Below are positions 37,816 through 57,648 of a DNA stretch of 64,000 nt, piece after piece. The DNA comes from Eledone cirrhosa (Eukaryota). Position 1 is the stretch's first letter; each line of letters starts with the position of its first letter. The notes under the pieces are model-generated. The model did no database searches. It saw nothing but the letters and a program-made list of their open reading frames with translations, and was not told the DNA's origin. A program made the position numbers and the translations under genes. The stretch spans positions 186,992,001 through 187,056,000 of the forward strand of contig OZ024742.1 in NCBI GenBank assembly GCA_964016885.1. The letters are read 5' to 3'.

Positions 37816-39337
37816 ATACTTGGGGAGGGTCATATTTGCGTAATATTGCCAGAATTAATAACAGAACACACTCACTGTTTGGTTGGTTTTCGCTTCTCGC
37901 TGTCTTTTATTATATCTGCGATCTAACTTACTCGGTCCTCAATGTTGCCATTGACTGACCGGCGGTCAAAAATAATACAGATACAATATAGACACAAACA
38001 CATATATATATATATAGTTTACATAATTTACATAAATCTTTCGTTGCACATCTGCAACATCGTCAGTGGTGTTATATTCATTGTTCCTCCTGTTGTGTTG
38101 TATGTCTACGCCATTTTTTTTTTGTTCAGTCTGTCTATATATTTATTTATTTATTTGCTTGTTTGTTTATCTTATTTTATTTGTCTTCTTTGCGCATGCG
38201 TTTGCGTGTGTGTATAGTGTTATGTGTGATGTGTGACTAGTGTGTATAGTGTTGTGTCTGCTGGGTGACTAGTGTGTGTTTATGTGCTTGTTGTTATTGT
38301 GCTTGTGTATGTATTTATTTATCTTATTTTATTTAATTTTATTTACTTATTTATACTTCTCTTGGGTCAGTGTTGTTTGTTTGGGTGTTGTTGTTGTTCC
38401 ACTCATTCTTTCTGTTTAACTTTGGTCTTCTAATTTCTATTTCACTGGCCTCTCTGATTTGCCTATCTGCTGGGTCATTCCTATGTTTAGATATTATTCT
38501 AATTTCTATGTTGTCTATGTTACCGTCATGTTGTTGTCTAGCATGTTCGTATAGTACTGACCCGTTTTTTCGTCCTTTTAGTTCCCCCCAGTGTTGGTCT
38601 ATCCTTTCACCTATGCTACGAGCTGTCTCACCTATGTATGTTGTTGTCATGTTTCTGCAAGTACCCTCTGTACATCTTATGCTATAGACTACGTTTCTAG
38701 TTTTACAGTTTATCCGGGGGTTCACCTTACATATGATACACTTCCTATTGGTACAGTGGGTTTTCTTAAACCAACAACACTGACCTAAGAGAAGTATAAA
38801 TAAGTAAATAAAATTAAATAAAATAAGATAAATAAATACATACACAAGCACAATAACAACAAGCACATAAACACACACTAGTCACCCAGCAGACACAACA
38901 CTATACACACTAGTCACACATCACACATAACACTATACACACACGCAAACGCATGCGCAAAGAAGACAAATAAAATAAGATAAACAAACAAGCAAATAAA
39001 TAAATAAATATATAGACAGACTGAACAAAAAAAAAAATGGCGTAGACATACAACACAACAGGAGGAACAATGAATATAACACCATTGACGATGTTGCAGA
39101 TGTGCAACGAAAGATTTATGTAAATTATGTAAACTATATATATGTGTTTGTGTCTATATTGTATCTGTATTATTTTTGACCGCCGATCAGTCAATGGCAA
39201 CATTGAGGACCGAGTAAGTTAGATCGCAGATATAATAAAAGACAGCGAGAAGCGAAAACCAACCAAACAGTGAGTGTGTTCTGTTATTAATTCTGGCAAT
39301 ATTACGCAAATATGACCCTCCCCAAGTATAACAATAT
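37811..39337 (-). mobile_element. PLE GIY-YIG fragment between ~565-bp inverted pLTRs
   Basis: 37811-38376 is the reverse complement of 38773-39337. HHR core CTGACGA-T-GTTGCA-gatg-TGCAAC-GAAAG at ~38038-38066 (-), mutated to TTGACGA at ~39085 (+). Confidence 0.9.
38351..38772 (-). pseudogene. GIY-YIG endonuclease (PLE; Nematis/Neptune-like)
   Basis: CTNRKCIIC..NCKTRNVVYSIRC..C..TYIGETARSIGERIDQH..LYEH..RQIREASEI..LNRKNEW. Confidence 0.88.
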
Positions 39338-39457
39338 CTGTTTCGACACACGATTTCATATAAAAAACCTCGCAAAACTATATATATATATATGCATACT
39401 TTTCTCTCGGCTGTCTCTCAGATATGCATATGTACACACGTATGTGCGTGTATATAT

Positions 39458-39525
<68 letters not shown>

Positions 39526-39528
39526 ATG

Positions 39529-39572
<44 letters not shown>

Positions 39573-40011
39573 GTATATACGTGTGTGTCTATATATACTA
39601 ATAAGAAACAGGAACCAACGTGAAGTCCAGTGCAGCAGATAAATAGTTTTTGAGCTATTGACAATTTGATTACAACTTACAAGGTTTTCCTATGAAACAA
39701 TATTACTTTAATACAATCGTCTCAGCCATTGGTTTAGAGACTAATTATTATATTTCTATATTTGTTTTCTCTTTATTTGCTCTTGTCTACACAAGTTAAG
39801 CCAGTCAGTATATCTTCACTTCATCTAATGGCGTTTAATGACCCATTATTAATATTTCTCATTCAACATATCGTTTTCACTTGGAAATCTGTATTAATAA
39901 ACCGAGGCTTGACTTGACTGATCGAAATAATGACATTAAAAGGTTTGCATATCAAGAGTTTAGTCCGGCGGTTGAAGTCAGAAATACTAACACACACACA
40001 TCCACACATCC

Positions 40012-40048
<37 letters not shown>

Positions 40049-40172
40049 TACACTCACACATATACGTGTGTGAGAGTAGGTGGATGTGTGTGTGTGTTAG
40101 TATATATATATATACATATTTTCTCTCTCTCTTTATATATATATATATAAATATATATATATGTACACGTGT

Positions 40173-40230
<58 letters not shown>

Positions 40231-40269
40231 TATATATATATAATTATATATATATGTACATATATATAT

Positions 40270-40300
<31 letters not shown>

Positions 40301-40799
40301 CATACAACAACATACATAAGTAAGATATATTTGCTGAAACATTACTGGATTAACGATGATCATGTAATGATATGGTTTCCCTACATCGGTGCTATTCTAT
40401 AGTGTTAAATATAATTATCCGTCTCGTTGGTCATTCTAATATTGCAGAACTATTATGGAACGATGAATGCTTAAGTTGAAGGCGTTTACATACAATGGGT
40501 CCTCCGTCAGATTAGACGAGTGTTCTTAATGTCAGTCAATGGAACAGCCTGTTCGGGAAGTTAACATATATGGACGAACATTCTCAGAGATTCTTATGCA
40601 ACCTTAATTTAAATCTCTTAAATTAAGGTAAAATGTGTGGTAAATTTGTTACTTTGAATTATAGATACAACCCATCTTCTGTTTTAGTGTAAGTAACTAA
40701 ATACTGGGGAGTGTAACGTGGCACAGTTTGGGATAAGCCCAGCTTATTGAATTGCATCTATATTAGGCTAAATCCTGCAGTCTGTTTCAATTCAGGGGG

Positions 40800-41040
40800 C
40801 ACATCAGGCCAGTGCTTATCCTGGTTTCGTGGTGTGGAGCGACTGAGTGTACAGGATTCCTCCCTGGACAGGACGCCCGTCCATTGCAAAGTTAAAACTC
40901 CAGCTATTGCTGGTACTCATTTTCAGCTTAATATACTGTAGCAACGTGAAATGAAGTGTTTCGATCAAGAACACAACACACAACCCCAGCCCAAGAATCG
41001 AACCCATGACAATATGATCTTAAGTTCAATACCCTTACCA
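40800..41040 (-). mobile_element. tRNA-derived SINE; related copy at 48218-48500 (+)
   Basis: Reverse complement has B-box GGTTCGATTC, TGTGTTCTTGA..ACACTTCATTTCACGTTGCT and GCAATGGACGGGCGTCCTGTCCAGGG. Confidence 0.7.
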
Positions 41041-41743
41041 AGTTTACTCCATCAATACCCTTACCAAGTTTACTCCATCATGTATTACAGTGGCTGAAGA
41101 TTTTCCAGACACATTTATAACGTAATTCTCAGGCAGACTTAGCATGGTAGGGTCTGTGACAAGGCTGATTCTTTGATTTACAGGTAGAATCTACCTAACG
41201 GTCTTTCTCAGTTTCACTCATAATATTTGGGTCTATCAGAGGTTATGATAAATGAATGCTGTCCAAGATACCACACAATAAAATTGAACTTTGGCCTTAT
41301 GACTGTGAAACAAACATTTTAGTAATTCCGCTACATTGAGTCCTGTGGCTATAATTTACGTAATTTCCACCCCTAACTTTAATGGTGAACTGAAAGACAA
41401 TAAGACAAAGTTGGGATAAGGGTTTAAACAAACCTTCATAATTATTTTCTATTCTGAAAATGCAGCTTTTATTTTTCCTGTCCATAACCATCAAATCACC
41501 TCCGAAACTCTGCGAAACCCACCGAAACCCTCCAAGACTAGACAAACCGATGACTGAGGGTAACTATCTACCTACCTATGAGCCACTTTCTCTGTAGCTA
41601 TCTATCTACCGACTTTCTTAATTACCTACTTCCTATGCACTTACCTACCTCTTTCTCTCTAGGTATCTAACAACATACCTACATATCTCTATACCTACAT
41701 ACCTACCTACTTACCTACCAACTACCTATCTACCTACATGACT

Positions 41744-41801
<58 letters not shown>

Positions 41802-41802
41802 G

Positions 41803-42012
41803 TGTGTGGCTCAGTGTTTAGAGAATTGGATTCGCAATCGTAAGGTTGTGAGTTCGATTCCTGGACCAGGCGTTGCGTTATGTCCTTGAGCAAGACACTT
41901 TATTTCACGTTGCTCCTTTTACCTGGAGTTGCGACCGATAGATAGTATTAGCAATTGGAAAGACCAACAGAAACATTGTTTCCTCGGTCCGATTTGACGA
42001 AAGTCGATCGTT
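41803..42012 (+). mobile_element. tRNA-derived SINE; near-identical copy at 45199-45415
   Basis: GTGGCTCAGTG (A box), GAGTTCGATTCC (B box), TGTCCTTGAGCAAGACACTT. Confidence 0.8.
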
Positions 42013-42314
42013 AAAATATATATATATATTACATTGCTGTAATTATAGTCAACACCACCAAAGAGAGAAGGTGATACACAAAAATGTGAACTCTTCTGTG
42101 TATATGTATGTAAACCATGTTTTTTTTAAATAACATATTCTTATTAATATACAAATTAAGTCTATTATAAATGCTATTATTCACATCCATAGTATGAAGA
42201 TGCCCACGTGGCAGAAACCGGTACGATAAATTTCTTCTTTATAAATAAATGATTTGCTGTTATTCTATGAGAAAATACCATTAGCATTTTCTGGTGTTTT
42301 CTTTTCTTTTTTAC

Positions 42315-42450
<136 letters not shown>

Positions 42451-42493
42451 GTATATATATGTATACATATATATGTATATATCTATATATCTA

Positions 42494-42547
<54 letters not shown>

Positions 42548-42548
42548 C

Positions 42549-43665
<1,117 letters not shown>

Positions 43666-43685
43666 ATATATGTATATATATTTAT

Positions 43686-44284
43686 GTCAGGTCACCAGTT
43701 GGTGCTACTGGTAAAATGTTTCCCAGTACAACTGTCTCATGGTCGGCTCGTTGGCGACTAAACTGGCAACCCCACCAAGGTTTATTGGTGAGGAGGGTGA
43801 CTTTGGACATCCTGCAGGACTAAAAACAAAACCTGTTAAAGGGCAAAGGAGCTCTTAAGAGTCAATGGCCATCGAAAATAACGGGAGAGATGACACCTTA
43901 GCCCTTGTCAAGGCAGAATTCTAGGAGAAGGAAAACTCTGAGATAACACCTGCAACCCTGATGGTATCCAATGACTTGTTCTTCTTTTTGGTAAATATCA
44001 ACTTGGTTAAGAGAGTGGGACTGGCTTTGTGCAGTGCCTTTGCTCACTATAAAAGCTTCACGGCACAGGCATTGCTTTATATCTGGAGATATCTCTGCAC
44101 TTGTCGTCACATGGTACCATGGGCCCACCACTATGTGTCAATAATTGTCACAAGTGTAGTGTTTGTACCAGAGTTTTCAAGTCGCTGGCTGGACTAAAAA
44201 GCCACACTCGTTCAGGCGCATCCGTAGGGGTTCTCCTACATGGATATAAAGTAGTGGCCGTACCCGAAAACGAGTTGGCAGCCA

Positions 44285-44287
<3 letters not shown>
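43686..44287 (+). mobile_element. ~600-bp non-autonomous RTE-derived element, copy 2
   Basis: Structured 5' part, an endonuclease-like remnant (TTCTTTTTGG..GAGAGTGGGACTGG), C-terminal zinc finger CHKCSVCTRVFKSLAGLKSHTR, and a (TA)n tail. Confidence 0.85.
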
Positions 44288-44354
<67 letters not shown>

Positions 44355-44377
44355 CTATCTATCTATCTATATATCTA

Positions 44378-44408
<31 letters not shown>

Positions 44409-44432
44409 AATGCCTTTATGGTAAATAAAGAA

Positions 44433-44516
<84 letters not shown>

Positions 44517-45088
44517 ATATATATACATATATATATTATAGCTGTTATTCTTATTGCTATGGATATGTTTGTTAACAATTTCCAAACGACGTTGTTATTA
44601 TTATTTTTGTGGAGAAATTTTTCGATACTAAAAATCGTTGGTAACGTTCGTGTTTTGGGGTCATTAGGGAAGGAAGCACTTTCCTAACACGGAAGCAGCT
44701 TCCCATCCGAAATGTGTACGACTTAACAAAGTTTGAACTTCTTAAGTGTAGTGGTAATGAGATCAATGTTGTCAATACATTAAGTAAAATACATTCTTAA
44801 ATATATTCGGACAGAGTGTCATGAACGCTGTTGCACATACACATGCAGATCACGCAATGAAATAGACATCAACTTATACCGTGTAACCATACACACAAAA
44901 TACACAAATGCTATATACACATGTATATATTCAAAACTGCCCACACTTAAACCTATACATACACACACACATACATATATATATGTATACATATAATATA
45001 TATATTTATACATACATGTATGCATCAATTCATATAAGTAGGCCGAATTTACTTGCAAACCGCCAGAGATTCGATTTTACTGATTTCC

Positions 45089-45198
<110 letters not shown>

Positions 45199-45415
45199 GA
45201 AGGCGTGTGGCTGAGTTGTTAGAGAATTGGATTCGCAATCATAAGGTTATGAGTTCGATTCCTGAACCAGGAGATGCGTTATGTCCTTGAGCAAGACACT
45301 TTATTTCACGTTGCTCCTTCTACCTGGAGTTGCGACCGATAGATAGTATTAGCAATTGGAAAGACCAACGGAAACATTGTTCCCTCAGTCCGATTTGACG
45401 AAAGTCGATCGTTCC
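45199..45415 (+). mobile_element. tRNA-derived SINE
   Basis: Matches 41803-42012. Confidence 0.8.
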
Positions 45416-45417
45416 TC

Positions 45418-45450
<33 letters not shown>

Positions 45451-45926
45451 TATATATATATACATATTTATATATACACACACACATACACACTAACACA
45501 CATATATATATATATAAAACATATATGTATGTATCTATTTCTGCATCGCTTCAGCATTCTCTCTCTCTATATATATATATTCAAAGAATGATAGATGGAC
45601 ATCTCTACACACACATACGCACGCAAACGGACACATCTCCGACTCCTCTCTCTGTCTATGTGTGTGTGTGTGTGAGTATATAATATATATATATATATAT
45701 ATACAATACATATAGACACATAAACAAATAGATCAGAGAAATATCAATAGTGTGTGTGTTTCTAAGAATCCGCACCTGTCGCAATTGTCTTCTCATGCTG
45801 ACTCGCCTTCTATAGAAACTGGTTTAACATTCATACTGGATCCTAAAAATAGAAAACGTTAAGGAATATATGGACATATATATGTACATATATATATATA
45901 TACACATATATATATACATATATATA

Positions 45927-45998
<72 letters not shown>

Positions 45999-46046
45999 TA
46001 TATATATATATATATATGTACATATAAATGTCCATATATTCCATAA

Positions 46047-46094
<48 letters not shown>

Positions 46095-46277
46095 CTATCT
46101 GTTACATATATATATATGATATATATATAACTGTTACATATATATATATATATATATATGATATATATATATATTCATATATATATATATATATACATAT
46201 ATGATATATATTCAGATATATATATATATATATGATATATACACACACACACACACATACACCCACACACACATACA

Positions 46278-46321
<44 letters not shown>

Positions 46322-46538
46322 CACACAGACACACATACACACACACACACACACACTCACTCACACACACACACATATATATATATTTGAAGCGATTTAA
46401 TTAGATTAGTCAAGCCTGCAAACAAGGTACTGACCTTTGTGTGTTATTGTCGTCTCCCTCAGCGTTCACAACATCCGAATTATTCGTAAATAAGTTTGAT
46501 AAAACATCTGCTCTTTGTGGTGATTTGAGTTCTTAACA

Positions 46539-47765
46539 ATGATGATGTTGATGATGATGGTGATGATGGTGATGATGGTGATGATGGTGATGATGGTGTT
46601 GGTGGTGGCTAAGTTAATGGTGATGATGGTGTTGGTGGTGGCTATGTTGATGGTGATGATGGTGTTGGTGGTGGCTATGTTGATGATGATGATGGTGATG
46701 ATGATATTCACGATGCTGTTGGTGGTGGTTATGTTGATGATGATGATGGTGATGTTGGTGATGATGGTGTTGGTGGTGGCTATGTTGATGATGATGATGG
46801 TGATGATGGTGATGATGGTGATGGTGGTGGTTATGTTGATGATGATGATGGTGATGGTGATGATGGTGATGGTGGTGATTATGTTGATGATGATGATGGT
46901 GATGGTAGTGGTTATGTTGACGGTGATGATGGAGATGATGAAGGTGATGGTAGTGGTTATGTTGACGGTGATGATGGAGATGATGAAGGTGATGATGGTG
47001 TTGGTGGTGGTTATTTTGATGATGATGATGGTGATGATGGTGATGATGATGTTGGTGGTGGCTATGTTGATGATGATGATAGTGATGATGATATTGATGA
47101 TGATGGTGATGATGAAGGTGATGATGGTGATGGTGGTGATTATGTTGATGATGATGATGGTGATGGTGATGATTGTGTTGGTGGTGGTTATGTTGATGAT
47201 GATGATGGTGATGATGGTGATGATGTTGTTGGTGGTGGCTATGTTGATGATGATGATGATGGTGATGATGATATTGATGATGATGGTGATGATGAAGGTG
47301 ATATTGATGATGGTGGTGATTATGTTGGTGGTGGCTATGTTGATGATGATGATGGTGATGATGAAGGTGATGATGGCGTTGGTGGTGGTTATGTTGATGA
47401 TGATGATGGTGATGATGATATTGATGATGGTGTTGGTGGTGGCTATGTTGATGATGATGATGGTGATGATGAAGGTGATGATGGTGTTGGTGGTGGTTAT
47501 GTTGATGATGATGATGGTGATGATAAAGGTGATGAAGGTGTTGGTGGTGGTTATGTTGATGATGATGATGATGGTGATGATGATATTGATGATGGTGTTG
47601 GTGGTGGCTATGTTGATGATGATGATGATGATTGTGTTGGTGGTGGCTATGTTGATGATGATGATGATGATGGTGATGATGATATTGATGATGGTGTTGG
47701 TGGTGATTATTTTGGTGATGATGATGATGATGATAATGATGATGGAGATGATGATAATAATAATG
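46539..47765. repeat. (GAT/GGT)n cryptic microsatellite
   Basis: Direct reading. Source of the poly-Met/Val ORF. Confidence 0.95.
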
Positions 47766-47799
47766 GTTTCTTATATAGGCACAAGGCCCACAATTTGGG

Positions 47800-47995
47800 G
47801 GGAGTGGAAAGTCGATTAAATCGACACCAGTGCATTACTGGCCACCAATTAGCCAGTGTATTACTGGTACTTTATTTTACAGACCTCTTAAGGATGAAAG
47901 GCAAAGTTAACCTCGGTGGGATTTGAACCCATATTGTAAATGGCCATAACTCCATGACGTAAGTAGACGCTCCTCCGATATTGCCAATACACCAC
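47800..47995 (-). mobile_element. SINE remnant
   Basis: ACTGGTACTTTATTTT..GGATGAAAGGCAAAGTTAACCTCGGTGGGATTTGAACCC; the reverse complement contains B-box GGGTTCAAATCCC. Confidence 0.6.
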
Positions 47996-48217
47996 CTTAA
48001 TAGCAATAACAACAATAATAACAGTGCGTGCAGCCATACCTTTGAGATATGTGCTGGATATCTGAAGACGGGTCTAGTGACTTGATTTTCAGCCTACAAA
48101 GCCGGTAGATCAATCAACACTATTGCTGTACGATGATGATATTGATGATGATGATGATGATGATGATGATGTTGATGATGATGGTGGTCATGATTGTTTT
48201 TATATTGGCCACAAGGG

Positions 48218-48500
48218 CGCATGGTGGTGGTGCGAGGCCTAGCGGTAACGGTGTTGGACTTACTGTCATAATGTCGCGGTTTCGATACCCGGGGTCGGTT
48301 GTGTGTTGTGTTCTTTAAGCAGTACACTTCATTTCACGTTGCTCCAGTATTCGCAGCTGAAGATAAGTACCAGAAATAACTGGGAGGTAACCCTGCGATG
48401 GACTGGCGTCTTGTACAGGGGGAAGTCTTGTACTCTCAGTCGCTTGACTCCACGAAACCCGTACAAGTACAGACCTAATAAGCCACCTGGCTTGAGGCAA
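48218..48500 (+). mobile_element. tRNA-derived SINE
   Basis: GGCCTAGCGG (A box), GGTTTCGATACC (B box), AACCCTGCGATGGACTGGCGTC. Confidence 0.7.
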
Positions 48501-49151
48501 ACTTTAGAATTTAGGCTAATAGACTTGTAATTCAGTGAGCTAAGCTTGTCACAAACTGCGTCATGTTAATTTTCCCTGTGAGAGCAGTTCTTAGCCACTT
48601 CAGTGCAACAGAAGATTCGCATCCTCTCCAGGGGGAAGTTTGTACTCTCAGTCGCTTCACATCACAGAAACCGGGATCAATACCAGCTTGACAGGCGTCC
48701 GGAGTCGATACGGGTCGATTTAAGAAGGGTGCATAAGGTTGGTTAGAATACAAAGACGAAAAACAACAAAATAAATGTGTTTTACATCGAATAAGCAAAA
48801 ATGATTTATAATTTAGGGAGAAGACAAGCAAATTGATGACTGACCTGACGTCAGTCGATCAAATCAGTCTCCAGTACTTGACTGGTTCTATATTTTATTG
48901 ACTCCGGATGGCTGGTGACGACGACGGTGGGATGATGATGCTGATGATGGGGATGATGAACATGATGATGACGATGATGACGATGATGGTGATGATGATG
49001 TTGATGATGATGATGATGTTGATGATGACGATGACGATGATGCTGATTATGATGCGGATAATATTAATATTAAGCCACATATTTGTATATGGAACTGTAG
49101 TTGATTGACCCCAATATGTATTACTGGTGCATATTTCTTCATATATGCAAG

Positions 49152-49223
<72 letters not shown>

Positions 49224-49342
49224 CATATATGTATGTGTGTGTGTCTCTGTGTAAATGAAGTAATTCCGTCCAGGAAAAAAGAGTGCTCTATGTAGGTCAC
49301 ATAGCTTAATAGTTATGTAATAAACAATAATTGTTTATTACA

Positions 49343-49380
<38 letters not shown>

Positions 49381-49776
49381 ATACCTACAGGCACGCGCAA
49401 ACATCACACAACCATATATACATATATATATATAAATAACTACATATAGATATGCATATATATGTATGTCTGTAGGTAGTATAGTAAAGATCAGCTAGTA
49501 TGTATGCAAAGCAAAAATACAATGAAAAAGTTGCTGGCTTGAAGAATTGAACAATTGGACAATACAAGACACAACACACCACACACAACATAGCAGTAGA
49601 ATCATACAGAATCTATTTTGAGGAGGTTATACTAATCTGATTCTGGCATCTCAATTATGAAAGATCATTTTAGCTGGAAGTCTTGCCATCTCTTACACAT
49701 GTGCATACAAACACACACACCACATCACATACATGTATATGTGTATGTATATATGATATGTATCTCTCTCTCCTTC

Positions 49777-49847
<71 letters not shown>

Positions 49848-49893
49848 CTCTTTCTCTCTCTCCCTCTCTCTCAGTATGTCAGCATATTTATAA

Positions 49894-49976
<83 letters not shown>

Positions 49977-50405
49977 TATGCAGTTCAAGATTGAAACAGA
50001 AAAGCATAATACATATGCATAACTGTATATACGCATGTAAATATATATACATAGATGCACACACACACACACACACATTATATACATAAACACATATGTA
50101 TATATATGAATGTAAGTGTATGTACATGGAAACACATAGCTACACGCATACACATATACGTATAAGATTCTTTATATAATGCAGTAGTTTATTTTCTATC
50201 TATTTCAATAGTGTCCGAGCGATAAGTCGAAAACTGTTATTTTCCCGTTATGGACATCAGGGGAGTGGACCGGAATATTTGAGAATTGATTTTGGTTTTT
50301 GTTCGTCTTATTATTGTTGTTGTGGTTGCTTTTTGTTGCTTTGGTGTGGTATTTATTTATATTTTATATATATATTATAAATGTGCATGTATGATGTATA
50401 TATAC

Positions 50406-50467
<62 letters not shown>

Positions 50468-50471
<4 letters not shown>

Positions 50472-50687
50472 TTAATATAGATGAGATTCTACAGGACTAG
50501 AACTGTTTCATTCATTAGAAATCATCAGGAATCCTGATGATTTCTAATGAATGGATTCCTGATGATTTCTAATGAATGAAACAGTTCTAGTCCTGTAGAA
50601 TCTCATCTATATTAAAACTGTTATACTCTGCTATGTATTGAGTACCTTACTTACTGTGGTTACCTCCGATTCAACCCGGAATAACGT
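50468..50687. mobile_element. Fold-back pLTR element with three HHR-like cores at the inversion centre
   Basis: 50468-50530 is the reverse complement of ~50557-50619. The centre contains an extra partial CCTGATGATTTCTAATGAATG. Confidence 0.7.
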
Positions 50688-50711
50688 ATACATATATATA
50701 TATATATATGC

Positions 50712-50799
<88 letters not shown>

Positions 50800-50916
50800 T
50801 ATATTTCTTTATCTATCCATCAATATATCTGTCTACCTATTTACCTACCTATCTATCTCTCTCTCTGTCTCTTTGGCTTTCTCTTTCTCTCGATGTCTCC
50901 CGCCCTCTCTCTATCG

Positions 50917-51065
<149 letters not shown>

Positions 51066-51569
51066 AGTATCTATTTGAAACAAAGTATGTATGCATGTAT
51101 GTGCATGCTTTCTTGTATGTGCAGCTATAATGTAATTTTTTTCTTTCTCTTTGTATAAATATATAAGGCTTAAAGTTTTCTAAATGTGACTCAGGTGTCA
51201 GTTGTATAGAAACATAGTATTTGACACCAAGGTGAACTTGGATTATTGTTGTACATTGCTGAGGGGCTAAAGAGTTTGTTTTGCAAACAGTTGGTCTCAG
51301 ATTCAGTCTCTCAGTCACTTGAGTTAATCATGTTATGTGCATGTATATATGTATATATATTCTGAAGTAAGCACTCTGAATCTTTGTAGATTATATCTGG
51401 TGGTCCAGATATATAATGGGTTTTTAAAAGAATTTTTTCCGAAATTTTCCACTACAAATGTTTCGTGTGTTGTTGGTTTCATAGTATTAATCCAGCACAT
51501 TCAGATTGTATTCCGAACATTATTTTTATCTACCCTTTGTTCTCTTGAGAACCCGTATATACATACATA

Positions 51570-52080
51570 GCTGCTCAGCAGATGCCAATATAATATCAAA
51601 GATTAGCGAAAAGAAGGATATTTATGCTGAACTAATGAGAAATCTGCAGATACTACACCATGACTATACCTTCAGATTTATGCCTGTGATTATTGAGGCG
51701 CTGGGATATGTTAGTAACGGCCTCAATACAGAAACAGAAAGAACACAACTAGTTAGGAAATTACAAGTACAATCCCTTAACGGAACAGTAAAAATATGTA
51801 AAACATTTCAAAAATTCTGCATGTAATAACTGCATATACACATGTACAGATGCGAAGCATATGCAAATGCATTCATACGACTTAAAACATACATATCCAC
51901 ACATACAATAACATCCATACCTGCACACACATGCATGCATGCAGACATGCATACATATCTAACTAGTTGATGTGTAAATTCCAATGAGAGAATCTTGTAA
52001 CTATATTAGAAACCGACTCTCTCTCTCTTTCTATTGGCAAGCATTTGTGAAATTATAAAATCAGAAGAACATACATACAT
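51570..52080 (+). mobile_element. RLE-type LINE 3' end plus flank, paralogous to 25050-25560
   Basis: CSADANIISKISEKKDIYAELMRNLQIL..FMPVIIEALGYV; similarity continues ~250 bp past the stop. Confidence 0.8.
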
Positions 52081-52102
52081 ACATATATACATATATATAT
52101 AT

Positions 52103-52201
<99 letters not shown>

Positions 52202-52393
52202 AATTCGAAAAGGCAACTGGAGTCTTATTTAAAAAAATATATATATATTTATTTGGTTCCAAAAATAAATAAATAAATATATATATTTTTTTAAAAATAA
52301 GACTCCAGCTGCATTTTCGATTCCATCTTTTTTTCTTTATACTTTCACTCGTGTAGGACAACTCGGTTATTTTTCATTTTGTAAAAAAACCTC

Positions 52394-52426
<33 letters not shown>

Positions 52427-52472
52427 AAATAAAATAAATAAGTCAAATATTTAAAATTTGGCTTCGTTTATT

Positions 52473-52527
52473 ACAGCTATATATATTTCGGTGACAGCCA
52501 TCTTTGGCTGTGACCTCTTCAGGCAGT
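52473..52527 (-). ncRNA. Type I hammerhead ribozyme (pLTR remnant)
   Basis: Reverse complement reads ACTGC-CTGAAGA-GGT-c-ACAGCCA-aaga-TGGCTGT-c-ACC-GAAAT-atat-ATA-GCTGT. Confidence 0.7.
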
Positions 52528-52710
52528 CTGAATTGGTGTGGTAGAGACGGGTACACATGTTGTTGAGGTTTTTAACTCGGTCAATACTCCGATATGCCCA
52601 GTTCCTGGTTGGGTTGTTATTTCATATGATTCCAGTTCCTCTCCTCAGAGAAATAACAACCCAATATTGCAAACACATTGCACACTATAGTTGGGCATTT
52701 TGGTATTTTA

Positions 52711-52757
<47 letters not shown>

Positions 52758-52770
52758 AACACACACACAC

Positions 52771-52818
<48 letters not shown>

Positions 52819-53676
52819 GTGTGTTTCTGCGTGTGTGTGTGTGTATATATACACAATGTACAATATAGTTAGGTGTATTGGTCTTTCATTTGATACGTAT
52901 AATTGACACAATAATTGGTTGTATCGATATTTCATTTCATATATATATATATATATACACGTTTAAATTTGGTGGTTTACCACTGTGTAGAATGGTTCAT
53001 TCTGCAATGTTAACCTTAGTGTATTATGAGAAAGCACTCGACATTATGCAACTCATCCATCTTTGATGTTGAAACATGCTTGTAGGTGGTGCGGGGACGG
53101 AGTCAAATATATTTTCAGGTAAAATGATAGGTTGCCAAACAGGATTAATTTCCTTAATTATTCATTACTGCAAATACCATGCATATTTCAGTGGCCAGGT
53201 TGCGCAAGAACTCGGTGACATCTTCAGGTGTAAATTGCATAATAGAAGTATACCAACGGAATGATGGTAAACCCATTCCAAGAGGCTTTTAGGAAATAAG
53301 CAAAGAAAAAACCGAGAAAAAAAAGCGTGTTTATGTTTGTGACCCAGAGACGTTCGAAGCAGCATGTTGTTATTATGCTCCGTCATCTCTCTTTATATAG
53401 ACACATGATATACAGTATTCATTCCAAGTTGGGAACCCCCCAGTCCATCTTTTGGCTAGAACTCCTCCTTTAGGGGCAAGGGAATTTTGTTTGAGAATCA
53501 TTGCACTAAGTCATATATTTTACGGACGAAATAAAAAATTGCAATTATATATGAATTATACAGAAGAAAAAACAAGAGAGTTAAAGCAACACTGACAGAA
53601 AACACTTTAGCTTGCATAATACATACATATATATATAATATATAATAATATTATTAATTCTGGCAATATTACACAA

Positions 53677-57648
<3,972 letters not shown>

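Noticed and set aside
41803-41875. tRNA gene
   Set aside because: The cloverleaf is imperfect and continues into a SINE body that is repeated at 45199.
46539-47819. 426-aa Met/Val ORF
   Set aside because: (GAT/GGT)n microsatellite artefact.
52960-53390. Possible PLE coding remnant (KPPNL on the minus strand)
   Set aside because: A single short motif with no supporting frame.
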